Source of the DNA: Pristiophorus japonicus
Lineage: Eukaryota
Length of the DNA: 64,000 nt
Direction of reading: 5' to 3'
NCBI RefSeq assembly: GCF_044704955.1
Contig: NC_091984.1
Location: 179,118,001-179,182,000, forward strand
A program made the translations under genes and the position numbers. Below the pieces are notes generated by a model. The model was not told the origin of the DNA. It was given only the letters and a program-made list of their open reading frames with translations, and ran no database searches. This document shows, one piece after another, positions 37,860 through 51,119 of this stretch (positions are counted from its first letter, which is position 1; every line of letters starts with the position of its first letter).

Positions 37860-38780
37860 TAGGCAATTAGGCCCATACAGCAGTGCCTGGTCTCCAGTCA
37901 TCTTAAACCCCTTTACTACTGGACCAAGACCTTGCTCAGCTAGGTCCATGTGGTAGCCATTGTGCAATGGCTACCTCACGTTAAAAGAACTCATGCAAAG
38001 ACATCTTCCACCTTTCAATATGAAGTTCGGGACCTAGAACGTCAGGATCCTCCTGGACAACACCAACAGTGACAGGCCAGAATGTCGCACCGCCATAGTT
38101 GTCTGGGAAATTAGATATTTCGATGTCGACATCACCACCCTAAGCGAGACCCAGCGGGCAGGGCAAGGCAAGCTCAAGGAATAAGATGGACGTTTTACCT
38201 CCTTCTGGAAAGACAAACCAGAGGAAGAACACCACCTCCACGGAGTCAGTTTCGCTATCAAGAACGAGCTGGTCGACCGCCTTAGAAACTCCCACTGCAG
38301 GATTAAAGAACGTCTCATGACTCTCTGACTCACCCTTTCCCGGAACCAATGTGCCACAGTCATCAGTGCGTACGCCTCAACACTTGATGCAACAGATGAG
38401 ACCAAAAAGTGTTTTTACTCCAGCCTCAAAAAATCCCTGTCCCGCGTTCCTACAGACGACAAACTGATCCTCCTCGGTGACTTCAATGCCATGGTTGGCA
38501 AGGACACAGCCCTCTGGGGAGGCGTGATCGGCAGAGAGGGGGTAGGGAAACCAATTCCAGTGGTACCCTGCTCCTGACAAAATGCCTAGAGCACGATCTT
38601 GTCATCACCAACACTTTGTTCTGGTAGATGGACAAATACAAGGCATCGTGGCAACACCCTCGACCCAAACACTGGCACCTGCTTGACTATGTTATCATCC
38701 GAGCCTGGGATTGCAAGGATATGCACATCACCTGCGCCATGACAGGAGCTGACGACTGCTGGATGGACCACCACCTATTC
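37860..38780 (+). mobile_element. RTE-clade LINE 5' fragment (APE domain)
   Basis: MKFGT*NVRILLDN, TLSET, VISAYA, ILLGDFNA and HPRPKHWHLLDY motifs. Confidence 0.8.
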
Positions 38781-39065
38781 TACTTGCCCGTATATAAACA
38801 TATTAGTTTCATGTACTATTCAGTGTGCTAACATTAATTAACAGACATTGGTCAGATAAACCACTGCCTGATAGTTTCTTGGATCTGTTTATTAAATAAA
38901 GGATAGAACACAGGAGCGAGATTAATAGCCCTGATGTGATATCAAGACCACCAGTTGCTATTGCCTCTTTCGCTCCATGACCAATTTCACCACAAAGTTT
39001 ACACGAGGGGTTTCTGTTGAGCATCCGCTGTGGAATAGGAGGTGCTCGAGGACATTCCTAGTGTT

Positions 39066-39740
39066 ATGTACACATCATCATCATCGGAATCGAGGAGGAC
39101 TTGCTTCCACTCTCAAAGTGATTTCTTTGATGGCTGAATAGTCCGATGTGAGAGCCACAGACACTGTTACAGGTAGGACAGACATTCGTCGAGGGAAGGG
39201 GTCGGTGGGGCTGGTTGGCCGCGCACTCCTTCCATTGCCTGCGCTTGGCCTCTTCATGCTCTTTGCGCTGAGACTGGAAGAGCTCAATGCCCTCCTGGAT
39301 GGACTTTCTCCACCTCAGGTGGTCTGCGGCCAGGGTCTCCCAGGTGTCAGTGGTGATGTCGCACTTTACCAGCGAGGTTTTGAGGGTGTCCTTATAACGT
39401 TTCCGTTGTCCTCCTTTGGCTCGTTTACCATGAAAGAGCTCCACATAAAGCATTTGCTTAGGGATTCTCGTATCTGGCATACATACTATGTGGCCTGCCC
39501 AGTGAAGCTGATCGAGTGTGGTCAGTGCTTCAATACTGGGGATGTTAGACTGGTCGAGGACACTAATGTTGATGCGCCTGCCCTCTCAGGGGATTTGCAG
39601 GATCTTGCGGAGACATCGTTGGTGATATATCTCCAGCGACTTGAGGCACCTTCTATACATCGTCCATGCCTCAGATCCATACAGGAGGGCGGGTATTACT
39701 AAGCCTTGTAGACTATGAGTTTGGTGGTGGATTTGAGGGC
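39066..39740 (-). mobile_element. RTE-clade LINE 3' fragment
   Basis: MPDTRIPKQMLY.EL..GKR..GGQRKRYKDTLK, a C-terminal CPTC..H finger and a (GAT)n tail. Confidence 0.85.
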
Positions 39741-40465
39741 CTGTACACAAGTGTTTCCTGGGTTAGATCATTGCTTACACATGGGAGTAGTCATAGATGT
39801 AAATCCAGAGTAAAACGTGTTTAGGCTGCTGGAGTGCATGGAAATTAGAGTGCAGAGTTTAACAAAGACATTTAAAACTATGCACTTCAGCATCATACTA
39901 GAGGATAACTAGGTAAGAGGGACCAATGGTTGGCTCAGTCAATTGAATTCCACACAATTTCAGGGCATGTCTCATCAATATTTTTACCTTAAATTTCAAG
40001 AATTATGATGGCATTCATTAAACATCCAGACAAGAGACCATAATATGGCACTCAGGAACAGAACAACAAAACAGGATTTCTGACTGGGACATTCAAACCC
40101 ACCTCAGTGAACTGAATTGTGGAGGCAGAATCACATGGAAGTTTGTGCCAGCAAGCCTTTCCATTCTGCTAACCTGATAGAAATGCCACGTGCCAGCTAG
40201 AGGGAGGTAACACCGGCAGCGTTTCGAACTCACTCATGTCCACGACTGCTGACGAGAGTCAGAAAAAGTTTAACAACCTCATCAAGCAAGGTAACACACG
40301 AGGTTCTGGGTACCAACATGCACTTTTACATCTTAAAGCAACACTTGGCCAACTAACATTTCATAATTCACTCAGGTTAAGGGAGGTTCCACTGAAGACC
40401 CTGCACTTTGGTTATCCAGCTCCCCTAACAACAACCACTTACATACATAATGCTAAAACCTCCTG

Positions 40466-41478
40466 GAACATAAGAAATAGGAACAGGAGTAGGGCGTACG
40501 GCCCCTCAAGCCTGCTCCACCATTCAATTGGACCATGGCTGATGTGATCATAGACTCAGCTCCACTTCCCTGCCTGCTCTCCATAACCCCTTATCCCTTT
40601 ATTGTTTAAGAAACTGTCTATTTTTGTGTTAAATGTATTCAATGTCTCAGCTTCCACAGCTCTCTGTGGCAGCAAATTCCACAGATTTACAACCCTCTAA
40701 GGGAAGAAATTTCTGCTCATCTCTGTTTTAATGGGTGGCCCTTTATTCTAAGATCATGCCCTCTAGTTCTAGTCTCCCCCATCAGTGGAAACATCCTCTC
40801 TGCATCCACCTTGTCAAGCCCCCTCATAATCTTATACATTTTGATAAGATCACCTCTCATTCTTCTGAATTCCAATGAGTAGAGGCCCAACCCACTCAAC
40901 CTTTCCTCCTAAGTCAACCCCCTTATCACCGGAATCAACTAAGTGAACCTTTTCTGAACTGCCTCCAAAGCAAGTATATCCTTTCTTAAATATGGAAAAC
41001 AAAACTGCACGCAGTATTCCAGGTGTGGCCTCACCAATACCTTATATAGCTGTAGCAAGACTTCCCTGCTATTATACTCCATTCCCTTTGCAATAAAGGC
41101 CAAGATACCATTGGCCTTCCTGATCACTTGCTTTACCTGCATACTATCCTTTTTTGTTTCATGCACAAGTACCTCCAGGTCCCTCTGTACTGCGGCACTT
41201 TGCAATCTTGCTCCATTTAAATAATAACTTGCTCTTTGACTTTTTCTGCCAAAGTGCATGACCTCACACTTTCAGACATTATACTCCATCTGCCAAACTT
41301 TTGCCCACTCACTTAGCCTGTCTATGTCCTTTTGCAAATTTTTTGGTGTCCTCCTCACACATTGCTTTTCCTCCCATCTTTGTATCATCAGCAAACTTGG
41401 CTATGTTACATTCAGTCCCTTCTTCCAAGTCGCTAATATAGATTGTAAATAGTTGGGGTCCCAGAACTGATCCCTTCT
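40466..41478 (-). mobile_element. CR1 3' fragment nested in the Harbinger element
   Basis: CR1 RT C-terminus and 3' UTR. Confidence 0.88.
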
Positions 41479-42579
41479 GGCCATAAGTTGAAGCACTAGC
41501 ACAGGTGAAAGGAATACATGTGTAGGCCACCTGGGGAAGGAGCATGTTAGGAAATAATAAGTCGGTTTGGGTGCACTTTGGACTTCATTGTATTCATTTA
41601 GATTGTACGCTGACATGGCACTTAGTTTTTGATGGAGATTACTGTTCGGCACGAAAGGGTTCAGTATTTTGGTGCTGAATTATCATCCAGGTTCAAATTG
41701 TTGGCACCATGATGTAGAGGCAAAGCGGCTGATGTGTTATCTTGTGTAGGACTGGTAGTAGATTGAGGGAATGTGTCTTTATTGGAAAGGTTGAGTGGAG
41801 AAGAAGGAAAGGCAACAGTGTCAAAGCTGACTTGAGTGATGTTCGTGCTCTGATGCAGCATCACTGAGGGGTCCCTGACTGTTGGTCATCAAGATATTCT
41901 GCACCATGTAGTTTTGGATCTAGACGAGCTCGGGGCTCCTCACAAGTATTGTTAAATAAATCTACCGGATTGGCATAAAAAAATCCCATCTGGTTGACTA
42001 GGCAAAAGTCTGGAGTGTGATGGAATACTCTTGACTTGCCTGGATAAGTGCAGCTCCAAAACACTCAAGAAGCTGAACACCATCCAGGACAAAGCAGCCT
42101 GCTTGATTGGCACCCCATCCACCACCTGAAATATTCACTACTGTGACAACAACTAACCACAGAGGGTACAATCTACAAGATCCACTGCAGCAACTTGCCA
42201 AGTTTTCTTCAACAGCAGATCCCAAACTCATGATCTCTACAGCTTACAAGGTCAGCAGGCGCATGGGAACAACACCAAGTGCAAGTTCCCCTTTAAGTCA
42301 CACACCATTCTGACCTGGAAATGTATTGCTGTTCCTCATTGTCGCTGGGTCAAAATCCTGGAACTTCCTACCTAGCCGCACCTCATGGACTGAAGCTGTT
42401 CCAGAAGGCGGCTCACCACCACCTTCTCAAGGGCAATTAGTGATGGGCAATAAATGCTGTCCTTGACAGCGGCGCTCACATCGCATGAATTAATGAAAAA
42501 ACAGTCCAGGTCTTTTTGAATGATGAAGCTGTAAAAGGTACAGCAGGCTATAACTTGTTCACGAAATAACATCTGGATC

Positions 42580-44840
42580 ATAAGAACATAAGAATTAAGA
42601 GCAGGAGTACGCCATTCTGTCCCATGAGCCTCCTCCACCATTCAATAAGATCATGGCCCATTTTCTACCTCAATTCCACTTTCCTGCACTATCCCCATAT
42701 CCCTTGATTCCTTTAATATCCAAAATTCTATCGATCTCGGACATGAATATGCTCAATGACTGAGCCTCCACAGTCCTCTGAGGTAGACAATTCCAAAAAT
42801 TCACCACCCACTGAATGAAGAAATTCCGCCTCATCTCAGTCCTAAATGGCAGACCCCTTATTCTGATAATGTGACCCATAGTTCTAGACTCCCTAGAGGG
42901 GAACAATTCTCCCTGCATCTACCCTGTCAAGCCCTGTTTTAATGAGATAACCTCCCATTCTTCTAAACTCCAGAGAATTTCGGCCTAGTCTACTCAATCT
43001 CTCCTCATAGGACAATCCTCTCCCCCTCTCCCAGGAATCAGTCTGGTTAATCTTCGTTGCACTCCCTCTATGGCAAGTATATCCTTCCTTAGGTAAGGAG
43101 ACCAAAACTATACAAAATACTCCAGGTGTGGTCTCACCAGGGCCATATATAATTGCAGTAAGACGTCTTTACTCTTATACGCAAATCCTCTTGTAATAAA
43201 GGCATCCTTAATTCCTTAATTGCTTGCTGTACCTGCGTGTTAACTTTCAGTGATTTGTGTACAAGGACACCCAGGTCCCTCTTCACATTTCTACACATTA
43301 TATTCCATTTGTTATAATATTGCCTACTCATGTAGCCAGTGCATATCCCCTTGAAGTCTGTCTGCATCCTCCTCAGAACTTACATTCCCACCTAGCTTTG
43401 TATCATCAGCAAACTTGGATATATTACATTTGGTCCCTCATCTAAATCATTGATATAGATTGTGAATAGCTGGCGCCCAAGCACTGATCCTTGTGGTCCG
43501 CCACTAGTTACAGCCTGCCAACTCGAAAATGACCTGTTTATTCCTACTCTCTGTTTTCTGTCCTTTAACCAATCCCCACTCCATGCCACGAACCCTAATT
43601 TTGTTCAATAACCTCTTGTGTGGCACCTTATCAAATTCCTTTTGAAAATCCAAATACACCACATCCATTGGTTCGCGTTTATATATTCTGCTTGTTACAA
43701 CCTCAAAAAACGAGAATAGATTCATTAGATACAATTTCCCTTCATAAATCCGTGTTGACTCTTCCCAATCCTATTATTATTTTCTAAGTGCCTGGTTACC
43801 ACATTCTTAATAAAAGATTCTAGCACTTTCCCTAATACTAATGTCAGGCTAACTGGCCTGTGGTTCCCTGTTTTCTCTCCCCCTCCTTTCTTAATAAGTG
43901 GGTTACATTTTCTATCTTACACTCCATGGGAACCATTCTAGAATCTATGGAATTTTGGAAGATGACAACCAATGCATCTGCTATCACTGTAGCCACCTCT
44001 TTCAAAACTCTAGGATGTAGGCCATCAGGTCCAGGGGATTTATCGGCTTTCAGTCCTATTAATTTCTCCAGTACTATTTTTTTATTAATACTAATTCATT
44101 TCAGTTCCTCATTCTTGCTAGACCATTGGTTGTCCACTATTTCTGGGAGGTTCGTTGCATCTTCTTCTATGAAGACAAACACAAAGTATTTGTTTTGTAT
44201 CTCTGCCGTCTCAGCCTGTAAGGGACCCATATTTACTTTTGCTAATTTTTCCTTTTTACACATCTATAGAAGGTTTTTACAGTCTGTTTTTATGTCTCTC
44301 GCTAGTTTACTCTCATTCTATTTTCCCTTTCTTTGTCAACTTCTTGATCCTCCTTTGCTGAATTCTAATATTTTCCCAATCCTCAGGCTTACTGTTCTTT
44401 TAGGTTGGACCACTTTTCCTGTGGAGTTTTTGTGCCTTAAAGGAATGTATATTTGTTGTAAATTATGTATTAATTCGTTAAATGCTAGTCATTACTTGTC
44501 TACCATCATACCTTTAATATAATTTCCCAATCCACCTTTGCCAACCCCCACCCCTCATACCTATGTAGATTGCTTTATTTAGATTTAAGACCCTAGTTTC
44601 GAATTTAACTGAATCACTTTCAAACTTAATATAAAATGCTACCATATTATGGTCACTCTTCCCTAAGGGCCCTTTTGCTGCAAAGTTAATAGTGAACTCT
44701 TTCTCATTGAACAATACTAGATCTAAATAGCCTGTTCCCTTGTTGGTTGCTCTGCATACTGATCTAGAAAACTATCTTGTATACATTCCATGGAATCGTC
44801 CTCTACACTATTACTGCAAATTTGGTTTGTCCAGTCTAGA
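42580..44840 (-). mobile_element. CR1 fragment nested in the Harbinger element
   Basis: APE end (GPLGKSDHNMV) through RT; flanked by tctggatcata / tctagatcata. Confidence 0.88.
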
Positions 44841-46204
44841 TCATATTGCAAAGCCCCTTGAAATCTACCCAGGCAGCGAAAGCTGCATTTAAAGCCCTGA
44901 TTATCCTCCCAGTGACCAACCTAGTAGGGGCATTTTCCTCCTAGCTATGCTCCCATGCTTCAGGCCAACTTTACTGTGGGATAATCCATGGGAGCAGTGG
45001 GATAGGGTTAGTCACCCAGAATTCATTGATATAATTTTCAATTCTGAAGAGATAATGTAGGCTGGAGGGTGGGGGGGGGGGGCGGGGGTGGAATCATGCA
45101 GTAGGATCATATGACAATTTCCACCATATTGAGTTTTGACGTTGCACACAAGTTGTACATTCTGGGATATGAGCACCTCGTATTGATGTAGTGGTAGTGG
45201 TTTTCTTTGGTTGTTTGCAAATCAACATGTGTGCTATTGATTGCAGCCTTTGTGGGAACCAGAACCCTGGAAAAGTATATAGCCTGAACTTGCTCCTGTC
45301 TTCCAAAGGTAATGAATTTGCCTGTTCTCCTGTAAAGGATATCAACAACATAATAAATGAATAGCCCAAACTACTGCCCAGTTGTTATGGCAGAAATACC
45401 TAATGGGTGCCTAGAATTAACCACTGATATAAAAGTTGAGCAGAATGATTACCTGTATAGCCCCTGAGAGATCAGTATGAGTAGATGAGTGTGGCTGTCA
45501 GTCCACCTGTATAGATCCTCTTTGCCTCTTTGCTAAAGTACACTGTACTTATGCACAACACCTAAGAATGTTCCTCATATGGTGTAACAGCAGATATGTT
45601 CAATCCTTGTTGAATCCTGCTGGATGCTTCTTTGCTCCATCCTGTGCTGATTCTCCTCCTCCATGCTAATTGCATACAGCGGCAAATCCGTAGGAAATGT
45701 CATCCTTAGGATCATGAGACTGAGAGGATTCCCTTGTCTTGGTTCAGACAGAATGACACTGTCATAAGTTCTAATTCATGATGATTAGCTAAAGAGGAGA
45801 GTTTCCCTTCGGTACTTTATAGCAGTGCTCATTCTGTGTTTGCAGGAAACAATGACGGAGATTTCCAATAGAAACTGGAACCATAAATAACTGAATCAGT
45901 GAACCTTACAAACAGGGCTTGATGATACTCCTCAAACTTTTGGCAAATACTCGCAATGTAACCATGTCATCCATTCCATGTAAACCAGAAGAGCCCGAAT
46001 CTTGATCCTCAGCACAATTCTGATGTAAGGGTTTTCTTGAATTGCAACTGAATTGAACCAGGTCTGTTTTGGCAGGTTTGGAAAAAGAATGGCAGGAACT
46101 AATACTTGCTGAGACCTATTTTATTAGACAGTACTAGAGAAATATTTAACATTTTTCTCTCTCTGCAGAGACATGATATCTTCACACAAACCGGCAAGCT
46201 TAGT

Positions 46205-47310
46205 ATCAGTCTTGTGGTAATAAATCACTGGTTAGACCACAGCTGAAGTATTGTGTCCCATTCTGGGAACAACACTTTAGGGAGGATGTCAAGGTTTTGG
46301 AGAGAGTGCAAAGGAGATTTACCAAAATGATTCCAGAGCTGAGGTTATACAATTGTGTGGAGAGACAAGAGAAGCTGAGATAGTTCTCCATAGAACAGAG
46401 AAAGTTAAAGGAGATTTGATAGAGATGCTTCAAAACTATGAACGGTTTTAATACGAACATAAGAACATAAGAAATAGAGGAGACCATAAAGCCCCTCGAG
46501 CTTGCTCCGCCATTTAATACAATCATGGCTGATCTGATCATGGTCTCAGGGCCACTTCCCTGCCTGCTCCCCATAACCCTTTATTCCCTTATCGGTTAAG
46601 AAACTGTCTATCTCTGTCTTAAAATTATTCAATGACCCAGTTTGCACAGCTCTCTGAGAGAAAAAATTCCTCCTCATCTCAGTTTTAAATGAGCAACCCC
46701 TTATTCTAAGATTATGTCCCCTAGTTCTAGCCTCCCCTATCAGTGGAAACATCCTCTCTGCATTCACCTTGTCAAGCCCCCTCATAATCTTATACGTTTC
46801 GATAAGATAACCTCTCATTCTTCTGAATTCCAATGAGTAGAAGCCCAACCTACTCAACCTTTCCTCATAAGTCAACCCCCTCATCTCCAGAATCAACTGA
46901 GTGAACCTTCTCTGAACTGCCTCCAAAGCAAGTATATCCTTTCTTAAATATGGAAACCAAAACTCTAGGTGTAATCGAGTAAATAAAGAGAAATTGTTTA
47001 CACTGGCAGGAGTGTCAGTAACAGAAGTCACACATTTTAGATGCTTGGTAAAAGATTTAGAGGGAGGATGCAGGAAATTATTTTATGCAACAAGTTGTTA
47101 TGATCTGAGATTCACTGCTGGAAATGGAGATGAAAGCAAATTAAATAATAACTTTCGAAGGGGAATTGGATAAATACTAAAAATGAAAAATGTTCATTGT
47201 AATGGAGAAGGAGCAGGTGAGTGGGACTAATAGAGAAGCTCTCTCAAAGAGCTGGCACAGGCACGATGAGCCGAATGGACATTTCCTTTTCTGTATGATT
47301 CTATGATTCT
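46205..47310. mobile_element. Old plus-strand CR1 3' end with a minus-strand CR1 (46457-46965) nested in it
   Basis: (ATTCTATG)n tail at ~47295 and (ACATAAGA) tail at ~46457. Confidence 0.75.
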
Positions 47311-48509
47311 ATAGAACACAGACAGATTTTATTAAATAATAAGAAGCAAATCTAATTGATTTATGCTGGAACCAGGGATCCGTAATATTAATACAGGATA
47401 TCCAAGAATTGAAAATATTCCTTGCTCAGTCTAATTTTATTGTCACTTCATCTCAGGGCATGGGCAACAATACTATGGCCTCAGTTATTGCCCATCACTA
47501 GATGCACTGTGAAACTGGTGGAGGGCATTCTCTTTGACACTCTGCCATCCCGGTGCTGATTGTGCTCTCATGCTGGTATTGGGTAGGTGATCCCAGGTGA
47601 TTGACTCAGCAACCACGACAGAGCGGCAATATATATCCAAGTTGGAATAGTGTATGGCTTGGAGGGGATCCCAGAGATGATGGTGTTCACACAGCATTGT
47701 TGCTCTGATCCTTCTAGGGGTTAAGGTGGTAAGGTGGGCAGTGCTATCAAATCAACCATAGTAATTTGCTGCAGTGCATTCTCTAGATCCTACATATTGT
47801 TGCTACAGTATGCAAATGATTAGCCAAATATTGGGCTCAATGGTAGGAGCTCAGTTCAAGGAAACTGTTCTCTTTTTGTTGGTGTTGAAATACCTGAGCG
47901 TTATTGAGGCTGCACGCATCCAGATGAGTGGTGAATATTCCACCACGCTGTTCACTTGAGTCATTGGAGGGCCGAGTCGCTTACTGGAGAATCTGCTCTG
48001 CTCTTTTCACCATGGTTTTGCAACAACTGTTTCAGTTAATCTTCTGACAATTGGTAACGACCACGATGTTAATCGTGGGGCTTTTGGGAAGTATGATTCC
48101 AGCTACTGGAGGGATTTTGTTTGAATTTCTCTGAGGTAGGAATTCCTCTTGTCACTGCGTAATATGATACCCAAATGTTTGTGAAGATTCCCCCTTGTTT
48201 GACTCATGAACATAGAAGCTCAGGAGACGTTCTTTTAGAAAGTTTACGAGTTCACTAGCAACAGTGGATGAGGGAATCTTCATCAATAGATTTATAATGT
48301 CCCACAAATCTTGATAAAAATCAATTCGTAACTCATGTGCCACAAGTTTCCTGAGGGGCACCCGATGTTAATACGAAGCTAAACTCAGAGCCACCAATAC
48401 CACATTACACTGCTCTAGAACAAAATGAAACATTTTCTTCCAGGTGAAACAGTGATTTGCTTGTACTTCATTCAATTTAGTATATTGTATTCAATATAAT
48501 ATACTGTAT

Positions 48510-49290
48510 TTAGCCACAAACTTCGTTCCATAGCCAATGACTCCATCCCTGTCCCCAACTTCAGTCTGAGGCTGAATCAGACTGTTCACATTCTTGGTGT
48601 CATATTTGACCCTGAAATGAGATTTTGCTCACATATCCGCAGCATAACTAAGACTGCCTATTTCCACCTCCATAACATCAGCCCTCTCTGCCCTTGACTC
48701 AGCTCATTTGCTGCTGAAACCATCATCCATGCTTCTGCTACCACGAGACTAGACTATTCCTGGTTGGTCTCCCACATTCTATCCTATGTAAACTAGAGGT
48801 AATCCATAATTCGGCTGCCTGTATCCTAACTCGCACCAAATCCCACTCACCCATCACCCCTATGCTCGCTGACCTATATTGGTTTCCAGTTAAGCAATGC
48901 CTCAATTTCAAAACTCCCATCCTTATTTTCAAATCCCACCATGGCCTTGCCCCTCCATATCTCTGTAATCTCCTCCAGCCCTGCAACCCCCCAAGATGGC
49001 TGCACTCCTCCAATTGTACCTTCTTGAGCATCCCTGATTATAATCTCTCAACCATTGGTGGCCATGGCTTCTGTTGCCATGCCCTAAGCTCTGGAATTCC
49101 CTGCCTAAACCTCTCCATCTCGCTACCTCTCTTTCCTCCTTCAAAATGCTCCTTAAAACCTATCTCTTTGACAAAGCTTTTGGTCACCTGCCCTAATTTC
49201 TCCTTATGCAGCTCAGTTTCAATTGTGAAAATCTCATAATACTCCTGTGAAGTGCCTTGGATTGCTTCACTAAACTAAAGGCACTATATA
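48510..49290 (+). mobile_element. L2-clade LINE 3' fragment
   Basis: LADLYWFPVKQCLNFK...HGLAPPYL is a typical L2 RT C-terminus. Confidence 0.75.
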
Positions 49291-49304
49291 AATACAAGTT
49301 ATTG

Positions 49305-50060
49305 TTGATATTGTATTTGCTGCTCGCGATGTGGCCTTCTCTACATTGGTGAGACCAAACGCAGATTGGGTGAATGCTTTGCAGAGCACCTCCATTCAGT
49401 CCGTAAGTATTACCCAAAACTTCCAGTCGCCTGTCACTTTAATTCTCCACTCCACTCCCACTCTGATCTCTCCATCCTCGGCCTCTTACACTGTTCCAAC
49501 GAAGCACAACGTAAGCTCGAGGAACAGCACCTCATCTTTCGTTTAGGCACTTTACAGCCTTCTGGACTCAACACAGGGTTGACCAATTTCAAACCATAAC
49601 CTCTGCCCCTATTTTTTCTGCTTTTTTCTCTCTTTCCCACAGCAGCTGTTGATGATTCTGCCATCTCCGTTTGCACCCTATCTAGACACATCTTTTTTTC
49701 TTGACTTGTCCCATTGCCATCTGCTTTTGCCTTGCACCATCATCACTTTTGTCTCTTAATATCTTCTGCCTTACACCCTATCACAGACCTTCCTCTTTGT
49801 TCTTTCCTCCCATCCACTCTTACCCTGCCCCTACACTTGTTTAAAAAACCTGTTTCACCTCTAACTTTTTCCAGTTCTGATGATACATCATCGACCTGAA
49901 ACGTTAACTCTGTTTCTCTCTCTCCACAGATGCTGCCTGACCTGAAACGTTAACTCTGTTTCTCTCTCTCCACAGATGCTGCCTGACCTGAAACGTTAAC
50001 TCTGTTTCTCTCTCTCCACAAATGCTGCCTGACCTGTTTTTCCAGCATTTTCTGTTTTTA
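49305..50060 (+). mobile_element. Penelope-like element 3' fragment (GIY-YIG + pLTR); its 5' piece is at ~48430-48495
   Basis: CSRCGLLYIGETKRRLGECFAEH motif; same tail as 1565-1700. Confidence 0.85.
49893..50036. repeat. Tandem triplication, 3 x 46 bp, in the PLE tail
   Basis: Unit GACCTGAAACGTTAACTCTGTTTCTCTCTCTCCACAGATGCTGCCT starts at 49893, 49939 and 49985. Confidence 0.92.
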
Positions 50061-51119
50061 TATAAAATAAAATAAAAATACTAGTTACTCTCACACAAAC
50101 AGTATTGGTCATGCTCAATAGAAATAGGGCGTGGGTCACCATTCTCACTCTTTTAGGGACTCAATATTACTGACTTCATTAAATTCCACGATTACGTGTA
50201 ATCTCTTGTTATGTCTCGTTATTTTCTATACTTTAATTGCCAAATATGTAAATGACTGAGCAAATCAATCAATGGATATTTTTGCACAAACATTCTTGCA
50301 GGAGAGGAAGATGCGCATTCAGGGGTTTGATCCTTCTGTATCTGGATTGGTTATGGTGTTTTGTATTTTTAATCTCGTTAACATAAAAATATATTTATAT
50401 ATTCGATTCAGACTGCTGACATTATGTTCACATTGTGTGGTATCCCAGGCGGGGAAGTGACACTTCGTGGCTTTTTGTGACTCTGTTAGGAGGCCACTTT
50501 GAGGACATACTGAGCTTGGCCATTGCATAGTTCGATCTCAGACTGTTGGTTATATTTTTGTACTTTACCGAGATGTACTGCTTGGGTTCATTGTCAATGA
50601 GTACTCTCATTAGCAAAACACCCACCCCTCCTCTAAGAAACAAACTGTATCTGCCCAATATTTAAATGAAAATAATCTGTCCCGGATTGAATACAAAACG
50701 CTTCTGCTCTGTTTGACTTTATTTCAAAAGGTGTTTCGCTGCTGCATCTCTTCGTTATTTGGAGACGCTTGTGTAGTTTAATTAAATGTGCTCCACAGCG
50801 ACACTGCTGGTCAGTGAAGGAACATCCTTCAAAGGGACATCAACCGCAGTGATTTCGAAACAAAATTGTTCGCTATTCGACTGCACGAGGGAAGTGCAGC
50901 TAATTGAATGAAAAAAATCTAACGCAAGCATTATCGGTTTAACTTAGGTGCGGAAGAAATAACTGTGTGCCACCACCTATCATAATTGAAAATAACTCTC
51001 AAACTTTGTGTTCTCGGCACATTTGAAGACAGATCACTTTAAGTTTTTGGCACTGAATACAATGTGATCGTATCGAGTTATTTAAATTGTGTCTCACTAC
51101 ATATAACTGCATAGAAGCA

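Larger units (their letters stand above)
38780..46200. mobile_element. PIF/Harbinger DNA transposon, copy A, fragmented by nested LINEs
   Basis: Plus-strand Myb/SANT remnant (TADESQKKFNNL, ~40045-40290) and minus-strand HARBI1-like transposase remnant (LNFYISG, GFWFPQ, ~44840-45800). The pieces are collinear with 62345-64000. Confidence 0.65.

Noticed and set aside
41661-41864. Ser/Thr-rich ORF and nearby hydrophobic ORFs as an endogenous viral glycoprotein
   Set aside because: The region is collinear with the Harbinger element, whose transposase and Myb motifs explain it; these ORFs are off-frame or antisense.
46150-46203. Plus-strand splice acceptor suggesting a host exon
   Set aside because: No sustained ORF or donor follows, and it sits between TE remnants.
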